From a virus (Duplodnaviria; Caudoviricetes): DNA of 36,575 nt. Positions within the stretch are counted from its first letter, which is position 1. The number at the start of each line of letters is the position of its first letter. The notes beneath the pieces are model-generated. The model saw nothing but the letters and a program-made list of their open reading frames with translations, searched no databases and had not been told where the DNA came from. Shown one piece after another: positions 27,529 through 35,333 of the stretch. Both the position numbers and the translations under genes were made by a program. The stretch spans positions 1 through 36,575 of IMG/VR virus record IMGVR_UViG_3300025889_000381; one strand, given 5' to 3'.

Positions 27529-28197
27529 CTACCCCGTCCTATAATATTCGTATTTCGGAACAACGTTGAAGGATGACCGATCACGGTCCTCCGTTGCAGC
27601 GCGTTCAAACTCTTCTTCGTACACAGCCTTCAGCATTTGTACACGATTTGGTGCCCGCTTCAAAGCAATGTAGTAGGCCAAGCCTGCCGCCAAGCAGGGA
27701 TAGAACCGAAACGGCATATCCACGGTATTAGTGTAAATGTCCGCGTCATCCATACGGGTCAACGCGTCGTAAATCACAACATCCGTCGTGTTTTCGGGCG
27801 TAGGCCAGATTTTTAGGTTTGGAGTGAGCTGACGATCCAAGAAAAACTGGTTTGGTCGGCCCTGTGTGGTTTTTGTCGGAATTGTAAGGTATTCATCCCG
27901 GCTCAAACGCTCCAACGAATAGTCTGTACCGTTACGACGCACAATAACCGACAGAACGTCGATTACATCTGTACCCAGATCGTATTCGCCGTCGCCAATC
28001 GCTAGTGTGACTGTGCGTTGTTTGATTGTCCATTGGTTCAAGCCGCGGTTAGCCCAATCTGCAAGCAACAGATTAAGCGAACGCTTTGCCGTCTTCAGGT
28101 CGTAACCAGTACGAACCTCAAGACCACAACGCTCGAACGCTTCTTCGACGTAGTCAGCGACGTCTAGCTCAAAATCTGTGCTTCCTGATGTAGCCAT
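27529..28197 (-). CDS. Head-tail adaptor-like protein (second)
   Basis: 222 aa from MATSGSTDF (the track N-terminus is an out-of-frame reading of the repeat). EEAFERCG...AKRSLNLL..WANRGLN.W...GRPNQFF...IWPTP...PFRFYPCL..GLAY. Confidence 0.72.
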   Translation of the reverse strand: MATSGSTDFELDVADYVEEAFERCGLEVRTGYDLKTAKRSLNLLLADWANRGLNQWTIKQRTVTLAIGDGEYDLGTDVIDVLSVIVRRNGTDYSLERLSRDEYLTIPTKTTQGRPNQFFLDRQLTPNLKIWPTPENTTDVVIYDALTRMDDADIYTNTVDMPFRFYPCLAAGLAYYIALKRAPNRVQMLKAVYEEEFERAATEDRDRSSFNVVPKYEYYRTG

Positions 28198-28198
28198 C

Positions 28199-28360
28199 TT
28201 ACTTCTTCTTAACCATGCCACCGCCACGCATTTTCTTAACCATGCCGCCGCCACGCATTTTCTTAACCATGCCGCCGCCACGCATTTTCTTAACCATGCC
28301 ACCGCCACGCATTTTCTTAACCATGCCGCCGCCACGCATTTTCTTTGGACGCATTGCCAT
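28199..28360 (-). CDS. 53-aa basic repeat peptide MAMRPKK(MRGGGMVKK)5K (absent from the ORF track)
   Basis: AGGAG 8 nt before the ATG at 28360. TAA at 28201-28199, 1 nt before the next ATG. The GGC/GGT differences between units are synonymous in this frame. Confidence 0.85.
   Translation of the reverse strand: MAMRPKKMRGGGMVKKMRGGGMVKKMRGGGMVKKMRGGGMVKKMRGGGMVKKK
28208..28344. repeat. 27-bp tandem repeat x5
   Basis: cttaaccatgcc(a/g)ccgccacgcatttt repeated head to tail with no spacers. Confidence 0.97.
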
Positions 28361-28937
28361 CTTTCAATCTCCTATACATTTGATGTCGTAGTTCAAACAG
28401 TTCTTGAGCATTGTAGTCGTCTTCATACGGCTTATAATAGCCTCTTTTTGCAAGCTTGTCTGCGCTTTCTTGCAATTTGGACAACCGTTGCACAAAAATC
28501 ATAGCATATTCTTCTTCAACCAACGCCAAAAAGTCTTCATTAGCGTCTGCAACAAACTCATTTGGCTCATCATGTGGGTGAAAGCCCATCAACCAAATAT
28601 CTTTATCAATGAACACCCCGTCAGAAATGCATTTATTAAGATTAAACAGGTAATCATGGAAATCCGCAGGATCTTTTTCAAAAGCCAAGTCCACTATTAT
28701 TGCTAGATCAAAATTATCGTCAAATTGACTGATTGTAGTGTATAAACACTGATAATTTTTCTCATATTTGAACATAAGAGATACCTTGTCTTCTTTCCAC
28801 GCCTTTTCGGCAAAAGGACAAGCGGGCAAACCCCCAAAATAGTGCGATTTTTGTTCTAAAACCTCTTTAGACCACTGCCAAATCTCTCGAACAATTTTTT
28901 GCTCTAGCTTTGGTTCGTAAAATTCTATTCGCATCAC
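28317..28937 (-). CDS. Hypothetical protein with CPFA and FHP motifs (DUF1415-like)
   Basis: 206 aa, acidic, with LPACPFA and LMGFHP. Family name is from recalled motif similarity only. Confidence 0.55.
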   Translation of the reverse strand: MMRIEFYEPKLEQKIVREIWQWSKEVLEQKSHYFGGLPACPFAEKAWKEDKVSLMFKYEKNYQCLYTTISQFDDNFDLAIIVDLAFEKDPADFHDYLFNLNKCISDGVFIDKDIWLMGFHPHDEPNEFVADANEDFLALVEEEYAMIFVQRLSKLQESADKLAKRGYYKPYEDDYNAQELFELRHQMYRRLKDGNASKENAWRRHG

Positions 28938-29314
28938 ACACTCACCGATCCCGACGTATACTTACGGCGATTTGAAAGAACTTTTCCACAACCACGGGCC
29001 ACTATTTTGCCGTTTTTTTGCTGCGGGGGCTTTCTTTTTGCTTTTTGGTTGACGATTTCGCCGCCGCCTGCGGCAAATTTGACTTCCGCGGCTTTGGTGT
29101 TTTTGACGAAGGTTTTGCCTTTTTTGCCTTCGCGCTTTTTCTTTGCGGCGGTGGACTTTCTTTGAGACTTGGTGAGGGATCTGGCTTTGGCTGCGGGGAG
29201 ACATCGGTCTGGGTTTTGCTTGTCTTTGGAAGTACCGCACTCACCAGCGATGTTACCGCTTGAATCAATCCTGACCCAATTCTGATCACGCCATTTTTTA
29301 AGTTGACGGCCCAT
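28934..29314 (-). CDS. Small basic protein
   Basis: 126 aa, LKKWRDQNWVRI..CG..RCLP..KA, then FAAGGGEI and VARGCGKV. Confidence 0.72.
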   Translation of the reverse strand: MGRQLKKWRDQNWVRIDSSGNIAGECGTSKDKQNPDRCLPAAKARSLTKSQRKSTAAKKKREGKKGKTFVKNTKAAEVKFAAGGGEIVNQKAKRKPPQQKNGKIVARGCGKVLSNRRKYTSGSVSV

Positions 29315-29545
29315 TTAAGACTTCTTTCCTTTAGCTTTTTTAGCATAGTTTGGATCCTTACAGTATTTGGAAGCCGCCATGTTCGCGTATGCACTTGGAT
29401 AAGTGTCAAAGGTGCGCTTCGCCCATGCTTTTCCGGCAGGGCAGATTTTACTACCTTTACTTTTAGAAGAAGCTTCTCCACCTTTTCGGAAATAAGTTAA
29501 ACCCCTTGGCGTTTTATTGCTTATTGAGCGCTTGGACATTGCCAT
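29315..29545 (-). CDS. Small basic protein with PSAYAN motif
   Basis: 76 aa, YFRKGG, ICPAGKAWAKRTFDTYPSAYANMAASKYCK. GGAG RBS. Confidence 0.72.
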   Translation of the reverse strand: MAMSKRSISNKTPRGLTYFRKGGEASSKSKGSKICPAGKAWAKRTFDTYPSAYANMAASKYCKDPNYAKKAKGKKS

Positions 29546-29723
29546 AGGCTTTCTCCATCTCTAACTTTATGTACTCAATTTGAGAAGCCATCACTTCGGT
29601 GCGCTTGTCCACAGATATTAGTGTTTCTGTAGTCCAAGCCGCCCACGCATAGGTTACCGCCCCAATAAGCCCTAAACTCGTAGACAAAAGAATAATTATT
29701 AATGGGCGGTCTAACATTTCCAA
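29514..29723 (-). CDS. Small single-TM coiled-coil protein
   Basis: 69 aa. Fills the gap between two basic genes and overlaps both. Confidence 0.55.
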   Translation of the reverse strand: MEMLDRPLIIILLSTSLGLIGAVTYAWAAWTTETLISVDKRTEVMASQIEYIKLEMEKAYGNVQALNKQ

Positions 29724-30007
29724 CGCTTTCTAGCTTGTCTCAATCTTGAATTAGGATCTTTGGCTGCTTTTGGAAACTTTTTCATCTGTCCCGCAGAACG
29801 AGCACAGAATGACTTGCGGCGTTTTGCGTCCTTACTTCCTTCTTTAACCTTACCGGTTACCGCTGTCTGTAACTTTGAACCCGGATTTTTCTTGCGATAC
29901 TCCTTTACGCCCTTTTCTGTCATACCCGCGCCAGACTTCGTCTTGCGGTAATTAGCCCCTTTGCCAGAGGTGGTACGACGTATGGGTTTCTCCTTTTTGG
30001 CAGCCAT
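29711..30007 (-). CDS. Small basic protein (DUF6321-like)
   Basis: 98 aa, GMTEKG..YR..NPGSKL.TAVT...RRKSFCARS.G...SRL..AR.RWKC. Family name from recall. Confidence 0.72.
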   Translation of the reverse strand: MAAKKEKPIRRTTSGKGANYRKTKSGAGMTEKGVKEYRKKNPGSKLQTAVTGKVKEGSKDAKRRKSFCARSAGQMKKFPKAAKDPNSRLRQARKRWKC

Positions 30008-30804
30008 TAAAGACTATCCCCATTGTTGATGTAGATAAACTCCATTGACGCGGAGACATTAAAGCTAACCGACCCAGAGGAAGAAAATGCTCTCATCTCT
30101 AAGTCTGTTTTTTCTGTGAACCTTAATGGAAAAGTATAAAACTGTTCGTGTGTGGCATCTGTGAGAGTAAATCTTTCTTTTATCTGAAAGACTTCTCCGT
30201 ATGGTCTAGCTACAAGACTAGCATTCAAAACGGCTTTGGTGTTGGTAGATGTGCCTGTGGACAAAGACATTTTTGTAAGGAACGCTGTATATCCTGCGGG
30301 AACCGTCCAAAGGCTCATCAGTGTTTGGTTGTCGCCATCCCCATTTATGGTCAGGTAAATGTTAGCTGGAACTCCAGTGGTCACTGTGCCTGTTCCTGCG
30401 TAGATTATACCAGCATTTGCACCACCACTACCCGCGCTGCGAACAATGCCACGATTGATCCGTAGGTAAGATTTTGTGGTGTTAACAGCAGTTTGCCCAT
30501 TCAATGTGACAACTTCGTTTATTTCGTTGTAGTCACCATCTAGGCCAAAAAGTTCAACCGTTCTTGCACCAGTACCTGCGGCAGTGTCATCAGTTGAACT
30601 GCTTGATACAGTCATTACTGTAGCTGATGCAGGATAAGCGTATAAACCACCTTGTTCCCAGATGGTTTCTTTTGTGTTTCCAACATCGTTGTTGTAGCCA
30701 AACTTAAATATCGTTTTATGGAATGATATTTGCCCACGAGCAACTTGAAGCTCAAACGGCTCGCTAGTTCCAACTCTGGAAATTGAACTTATTTCGCGGG
30801 ACAT
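30007..30804 (-). CDS. Putative virion beta-rich protein
   Basis: 265 aa, KFGYN..V...ETIW..GG.Y.YP...VSSSS.DD...GTGARTV...GLD. AGGA RBS. Confidence 0.62.
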   Translation of the reverse strand: MSREISSISRVGTSEPFELQVARGQISFHKTIFKFGYNNDVGNTKETIWEQGGLYAYPASATVMTVSSSSTDDTAAGTGARTVELFGLDGDYNEINEVVTLNGQTAVNTTKSYLRINRGIVRSAGSGGANAGIIYAGTGTVTTGVPANIYLTINGDGDNQTLMSLWTVPAGYTAFLTKMSLSTGTSTNTKAVLNASLVARPYGEVFQIKERFTLTDATHEQFYTFPLRFTEKTDLEMRAFSSSGSVSFNVSASMEFIYINNGDSL

Positions 30805-30812
30805 GGCATTTC

Positions 30813-31088
30813 CTAACTATAGAATATCGTCATTGCAGTGATATTTGTGGCAGTGCCAACATAAATATCGCTTGTAAACAATAAACCTTCGTCTGGAATG
30901 TTAACGGAATGGGAATCAGACGCTAGAAAATCCAAATCCAAAACCGTGCTTCCGCCGTTTCCGTCAGTTAACGTAAGGCGTCCTGCGCCCGCCGCTGTCA
31001 AAACCTGTACCTGTCGCAAACGGGCGCGGCCCACTGAGGCCCCGCCTGTTCCCGTCAGACGTTTTGATTTTACGTCTGAATTAGCCAT
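30813..31088 (-). CDS. Small putative structural protein
   Basis: 91 aa, beta-rich, with IPDEGLLF motif. Confidence 0.65.
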   Translation of the reverse strand: MANSDVKSKRLTGTGGASVGRARLRQVQVLTAAGAGRLTLTDGNGGSTVLDLDFLASDSHSVNIPDEGLLFTSDIYVGTATNITAMTIFYS

Positions 31089-31098
31089 CTACACCCCC

Positions 31099-31572
31099 TT
31101 ATGAGTCTGCAAATGGTGTAGCTAGTGTACCAGAACCTAAAAGAGTGCCAGTGACCAGATATTCTGCAGTTGCAATCGCAGTGACTTCCACAACAGAACC
31201 AGCAATACCACCTGTAGTGGTGCCGTTCATAGAAATGACATCGTTGCTTGCTGCAGGAGCGAAACCCCTAGCTTGAGAAGTGGCGGCGGCGGCAAGAACG
31301 AGATTGCCAACAAACTTATCTGTGCCATCTGTTTTGATATCCAAGTCAGAAGCAGTGGTGCCTACAAAGAACTTGTAGGTTGCACCAATGGTGTCGCTGG
31401 TGATTGCTGGAAGCGTAACCGCACCGTCTGCATCATTGATTTCAATGATACGACCTACGTGATCTGCATATGTGAGAGTTGTTTCTGCCGTAATATTTAC
31501 AACTGCGGTTGATCCTACAGCCGTAAAGCCGCGTTCAGAGCGAACGGGACCTGAAAAGGTAGTTAGACCCAT
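31099..31572 (-). CDS. Putative head fibre/decoration protein
   Basis: 157 aa with a TTFSGPVRS N-terminus, VTLPA and GSG..ATPF C-terminus. First gene after the capsid gene; AGGAG RBS. Confidence 0.62.
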   Translation of the reverse strand: MGLTTFSGPVRSERGFTAVGSTAVVNITAETTLTYADHVGRIIEINDADGAVTLPAITSDTIGATYKFFVGTTASDLDIKTDGTDKFVGNLVLAAAATSQARGFAPAASNDVISMNGTTTGGIAGSVVEVTAIATAEYLVTGTLLGSGTLATPFADS

Positions 31573-31576
31573 TTTG

Positions 31577-31619
31577 ATCTCCTGTCTTTGGGTGTGTCAG
31601 CCTATTGGCTGTCAGGGAT
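31577..31619 (-). ncRNA. Structured RNA element downstream of the capsid gene (candidate Mu-gpT-DE-like motif)
   Basis: AUC-CCUG-A-CAGCC(AAUA)GGCUG-ACACACCCAAAGA-CAGG-A-GAU. The outer stem covers the AGGAG RBS. Location fits the described Mu-gpT downstream element, but no covariance search was run. Confidence 0.45.
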
Positions 31620-31625
31620 AATCAA

Positions 31626-31654
31626 AGTATACACAGAAATTTTTAAAAAGAAAG
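31626..31654 (-). promoter_or_regulatory. Putative promoter (-10 TATACT)
   Basis: TGTG-TATACT at 31635-31626, directly after the terminator. Same TGTG-TATAxT context as at 18367-18358. The -35 match is poor. Confidence 0.45.
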
Positions 31655-31674
31655 GGGCTACCGAAGTAGCCCCT
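31645..31674 (-). terminator. Intrinsic terminator after the major capsid gene
   Basis: AGGGGCTAC-TTCG-GTAGCCCCT-TTCTTTTT: 9-bp stem, cUUCGg tetraloop, U-tract. Confidence 0.93.
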
Positions 31675-31731
31675 AGTTTAACAGGGAGGATGACTAATGA
31701 AATACCATCAGTCCCCCTATTGTAGCACAAT

Positions 31732-32640
31732 TTATGCGCCGGGTGTACCAAAAACACAACGCCAGTCGGAAACACCGAAGCTGTAACGCTCACGTGCTTT
31801 AAAGCGCATGTTGCCAGTGTCAAAGTCACCTTCCATCGCAGTCTTGATGGCTGAACGGTTGAAATATTTGAAACCGTTTGGCGCATCAGTCTTGATGAAG
31901 AATGCATCAGTATCCGTCAGGAAGTGGTTTACAACCGCTCCGTCAGGAAGCATCCCCATGCTGCGCATTGCGTTGGTGTCATTGTCCGCTGTGCCCGGAC
32001 GCAGATTTGAATTAAGTACACGCTCCGCGATGAACTGAAGCTCTTTCGGAATAATAAGCTTCATACCACGAACGGCAATTTTCAAACCACGTTCGTCAGT
32101 GAAACCAGCAATGTCAATTAGCATTTGCTCAAGAGAAGTCTCGTTGAGGTCTGCCGCAGTTGACAAAAGGTTGCGCTGGTTACCAGACAATGATGGGTGT
32201 GCCGAAGAACACAGAGCCGCACCATCACCAATTGCATTAGCACCCGTGTTGAACGCATTGTTCAAAATGTTGGCTGCTTTGATTTGCTTTGTCTGCGCCA
32301 TAGAGCGAGCCAGAGCTTTGGTGTAACGAGATGCGAGACGATCATAAAGATTGTCCTCAATTGCTTCTTCCGTAATAGAAAACGCAAGAGCAATTGTCTC
32401 ATGTGTGTAACGCGCAGTGTATGTTTCCTGTGCATCATCAAAGTTGATGGCAGCGCCTTCAGCTTTAATAGGTGCTGTGGAAAATCCACCGAGCATCACT
32501 TCCTCTTCGAATGCACGATCCGAAGATTCTTCTTCAAAGATTTCGGCATGTTCGTTTTCGTAACGATCATACTCAAGTCCGAACAAGGCGTTAAGGCCGG
32601 GTTCCAACTCTTTCGCTAATTGTGCGCGAGAGATAGCCAT
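31732..32640 (-). CDS. Major capsid protein (Mu gpT-like)
   Basis: 302 aa, MAISRAQLAKELEPGLNALFG...ALAFSITEEAIEDNLY...GDFDTGNMRFKARERYSFGVSDWR. GGAGG RBS; follows scaffold and decoration genes; strong terminator downstream. Confidence 0.9.
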   Translation of the reverse strand: MAISRAQLAKELEPGLNALFGLEYDRYENEHAEIFEEESSDRAFEEEVMLGGFSTAPIKAEGAAINFDDAQETYTARYTHETIALAFSITEEAIEDNLYDRLASRYTKALARSMAQTKQIKAANILNNAFNTGANAIGDGAALCSSAHPSLSGNQRNLLSTAADLNETSLEQMLIDIAGFTDERGLKIAVRGMKLIIPKELQFIAERVLNSNLRPGTADNDTNAMRSMGMLPDGAVVNHFLTDTDAFFIKTDAPNGFKYFNRSAIKTAMEGDFDTGNMRFKARERYSFGVSDWRCVFGTPGA

Positions 32641-32653
32641 ATTTCAGCCCTCC

Positions 32654-33301
32654 TTAAATGCCTGTGGACGCCGCGGTTGTTTGAGAATCAGAACTCGAAC
32701 AAGGCGCGTTGTGGTGGAAGTTAAAACGAACAACATAGTTCACACCCGCTGCGTCATAGTCCAAGTTCGCAACGTCGCCCGTGAGGCCGACAACACGCAT
32801 GAACAGTGTCGCAGTAGTCGCAACTGATGAGATATCAAGCTCTGCAGTTGAACGACCGTTTGCTGTGGACCCCGAAGTTGCAGTCGCCAAAGAGGCGTTT
32901 GCAAAGATGTTCGAAAGTGCAGTAGCGCGGTCAGTTGAACTGCCGTCTGCTGCAACCATAAACAATTGATTGGGGTTGTCCGCCACGAAGGCTTTTACTG
33001 GATGGTTCGTATCAACGCTTACGTTGTTTGAACCGGGCCAATAGTTTTTCCAAGTTGATTTACCTGTAGAACTATCAACATACTCTACGCCCATAAGGAC
33101 TCCAAGTGCGGGAACTGTACCACCGTTGGCATTGCCAACAATATCAATCACCCCAGCCGCCAGAGGGATTACTGGCGAATACTGGTAAATGGCGTTTGTA
33201 TTGTTAGATGCAATCTCATACTGAGTTACACCAGTGGTGTTTGCTCCTGCGCCGTTAAGCCCGATAGGACGAAGACCAAAGGCAGTATCTTGGTTTGCCA
33301 T
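32654..33301 (-). CDS. Capsid decoration/cement protein
   Basis: 215 aa, MANQDTAFGLRP...GV..GVEY.D...V.DNPN..F. Directly upstream of the capsid gene; AAGGAG RBS. Confidence 0.68.
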   Translation of the reverse strand: MANQDTAFGLRPIGLNGAGANTTGVTQYEIASNNTNAIYQYSPVIPLAAGVIDIVGNANGGTVPALGVLMGVEYVDSSTGKSTWKNYWPGSNNVSVDTNHPVKAFVADNPNQLFMVAADGSSTDRATALSNIFANASLATATSGSTANGRSTAELDISSVATTATLFMRVVGLTGDVANLDYDAAGVNYVVRFNFHHNAPCSSSDSQTTAASTGI

Positions 33302-33331
33302 TTGTTTTTCTCCTTATCAGAGCGACCCTAA

Positions 33332-33796
33332 CTACCGTCGAGGGCCACCGAAGGTTACACGAGTCTGACGATCTGGTTTAGAAATCGTCATGGTTGAATG
33401 TTGGTTTTGAGCCATCAACTCAGAATCAACCGCTTGTACCTGATCCGCGTTACGTCGTTGATAATACGCATTACGTTCTTCTGCAGTCTCATCTGGGATG
33501 CGAGCCAAAACTAAACCGCCTACGCCAAAAACACCTTCGTACTTACCTGAATCAACAACCGGGGCCTCAAAATCAGGATATTCGTCCTTTCGAACTAATT
33601 CCCAACCTTCGCGCATTTTCGCGCTAATATTCTTAGTATCATCAAAACCACGCGTTTCTGCGCGGATCCAACGATGCCGAAATCCATCCGGTGCAGGCGG
33701 TGCATCTAACATAGAGGGAGGAGCCCACGGCCTACGCTGCGCCGTTTTCTCTCTCATTTCATTTGCGCGAGGAGTTCGCTTTACTGTATCTGACAT
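33332..33796 (-). CDS. Head-module protein of unknown function
   Basis: 154 aa, WAPPSMLDAPPAPDGFRHRWIR...REGWELV...GVGGLVLARIP...RNAYY. Confidence 0.72.
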   Translation of the reverse strand: MSDTVKRTPRANEMREKTAQRRPWAPPSMLDAPPAPDGFRHRWIRAETRGFDDTKNISAKMREGWELVRKDEYPDFEAPVVDSGKYEGVFGVGGLVLARIPDETAEERNAYYQRRNADQVQAVDSELMAQNQHSTMTISKPDRQTRVTFGGPRR

Positions 33797-33799
33797 GGC

Positions 33800-34639
33800 T
33801 TAATCCTTCACGTACTTCGCGTATGCTTCAAGCGGCACACCCAATTTCTTCGCAATTGCGACTTGGCTAGGGGTGAGTCTAACCTTCTTCCCACTGCTGC
33901 GCCCAGAGGTTCTTGATACCCCAGCCACGGTCTGAGCGGGCCGTCTACTGGTGGTTTTTGCGGGCATATTAAACTTTTCGCTAATACGCCGATCAAGTTC
34001 AGTATAATACTCTTCGGTCGCCGGGTCAAACCCTTCGCTCTCAACAAGCCGTTTATGAATGCCAAAAGCCGCAAAAGTCATCGCCTCATCCTGACCAAAC
34101 CAGTCATTCTGAGCCGCCCACTCCTGCGCCCTAGCGTCTGGACGACGCATCTCTGGAGGCTGTTGACGAGGTTGCTGTTGCTGCGCGTATTGAACCCGGC
34201 TTTCCTGTTGACGTTTTGCTTGAGACAACCGATCATTTTCAATCGCCAAAGATGCTATGCGCTTGTTTGCCTCAACCGCCGCAGCCGTGTCACCAATTTC
34301 CATAGCACGGGCCAAAGCTTGCTCCGCCTGATCCATCTGGGTGGTGACCCGACTTTCGTACTCGCTAACAAAGCTGGTGTCCAAAGCGTCAAATCGTTGC
34401 CGAAGCTGATTGGACTCTTCTTGAACACTTTTTGCGTACCGTAAAGCTTCTTCTTCGCGGCGTTGCGCTTCCCGCATTTTTTTCGTCAAACGATCAATGC
34501 GCTTCTGGGTGTTACTTTCCGCTTTCTCAAAAGCGTCCGGTTCTGAAACCTCAACATCAGATTCCGAAGGACTGTCTAACTCAATTTCAGTTTCTTCAGA
34601 ATCGTCTAAATCTAGTTCGATTTGATCTTCTTTTGCCAT
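33800..34639 (-). CDS. Scaffolding protein
   Basis: 279 aa with an acidic N-terminus, long coiled coil (QKRIDRLTKK), WA..N.WFG, and a basic C-terminal helix pair (LTPSQVAIAKKLGVPLEAYAK). Confidence 0.75.
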   Translation of the reverse strand: MAKEDQIELDLDDSEETEIELDSPSESDVEVSEPDAFEKAESNTQKRIDRLTKKMREAQRREEEALRYAKSVQEESNQLRQRFDALDTSFVSEYESRVTTQMDQAEQALARAMEIGDTAAAVEANKRIASLAIENDRLSQAKRQQESRVQYAQQQQPRQQPPEMRRPDARAQEWAAQNDWFGQDEAMTFAAFGIHKRLVESEGFDPATEEYYTELDRRISEKFNMPAKTTSRRPAQTVAGVSRTSGRSSGKKVRLTPSQVAIAKKLGVPLEAYAKYVKD

Positions 34640-34647
34640 TTCTGCCT

Positions 34648-35088
34648 CTAATAGTGAAGTATATCTGCAGGATCCGTTATACGAGCAAGAATTTCGTCAT
34701 CATTCAAAATTCTTACTTCGCCGCCGTCTATATTAAAACGAGAACCCGCGTATCGAGCAAACATAACCCAATCGCGCTCCTCGCACCACGCCCCATTCGG
34801 AAATTTTTCCTCGTCTTGGTACGCAAGCGGCCCTACTTTCAAAACATACCCCACCTGAGTTGAAACCTGATTTTGCTCTACAACTTGGTCGGGTAAATAC
34901 AGACCAGATTCGGTCTTACCCTTGCCGCGGTAAGGCAAAATTAGAATGCGCCAACCCGTGGGTGAAGGCATCCGATCAAGTAACGTTCCATCAATGGCTT
35001 CGGGATTGAGAACTTTCGGAGCTTGATACGCGTCCGAAAGATTTTTTACCGCGTCTTCGACGCTTTTAAGGTCAACCTTAGTCAACAC
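34648..35088 (-). CDS. groES: Co-chaperonin GroES (Cpn10)
   Basis: PTGWRILI...KTESGLYLP mobile loop, VLKVGP, DWVMFARYAG...RILNDDEILA. Confidence 0.9.
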   Translation of the reverse strand: MLTKVDLKSVEDAVKNLSDAYQAPKVLNPEAIDGTLLDRMPSPTGWRILILPYRGKGKTESGLYLPDQVVEQNQVSTQVGYVLKVGPLAYQDEEKFPNGAWCEERDWVMFARYAGSRFNIDGGEVRILNDDEILARITDPADILHY

Positions 35089-35275
35089 TACGCTCCTGTT
35101 TATCTAGCAGGCCCTTGAGTTCCTGTTCCACGTGATTTAGGGCTTCCATGTTCCCCATAAGCTCACGATATTGCTCCATAGACTTGACGTTGCCATACTG
35201 CATCAGGTCAACAACGGCATGTCTACGTTCCCTTATAATACGAAACACCGCTTCCGCAACGTAAATTTCATCCAT
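35078..35275 (-). CDS. Hypothetical protein
   Basis: 65 aa, helical (YRELMG..EAL). AAGGA RBS. Confidence 0.7.
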   Translation of the reverse strand: MDEIYVAEAVFRIIRERRHAVVDLMQYGNVKSMEQYRELMGNMEALNHVEQELKGLLDKQERSVD

Positions 35276-35304
35276 TTCCTTAAAAAATCCTATATTTCTG
35301 TCTT

Positions 35305-35333
35305 TTTATAAGAAAAGTTAAGAAAATATGCAA
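35305..35333 (-). promoter_or_regulatory. Putative sigma70 promoter for the groES-scaffold-capsid genes
   Basis: TTGCAT (35333-35328), 17-nt spacer, TATAAA (35310-35305) in an AT-rich gap. Confidence 0.55.

Noticed and set aside
28198-28335. Track N-terminal extension MAAAWLRKCV... of the adaptor gene, and the + strand ORF 28178-28504
   Set aside because: These are alternative-frame readings of the repeat. The MRGGGMVKK frame has the RBS and the synonymous variation.
28208-28344. CRISPR array
   Set aside because: The 27-bp units are contiguous with no spacers, no cas genes are present, and the repeat is explained as a coding sequence.
28962-29481. Overlapping minus-strand ORFs of 92 and 159 aa as possible frameshift products
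   Set aside because: The A-rich, T-poor Lys-coding sequence is depleted of stops. The 76- and 126-aa frames abut cleanly and carry the recognisable motifs.
20864-31583. Identical AGGAGATCAAAATG at two gene starts (20877-20864 and 31583-31570)
   Set aside because: Adequately explained as a shared strong ribosome-binding site.
31697-31786. 29-codon + strand ORF after GGAGG, antisense to the capsid gene end
   Set aside because: The GGAGG is the complement of the CCUCC element. No supporting promoter or protein feature was seen.
31602-31907. Capsid frameshift extension or separate 101-aa ORF
   Set aside because: It runs through the terminator and RNA structures, and no convincing slippery site is seen near the capsid stop.
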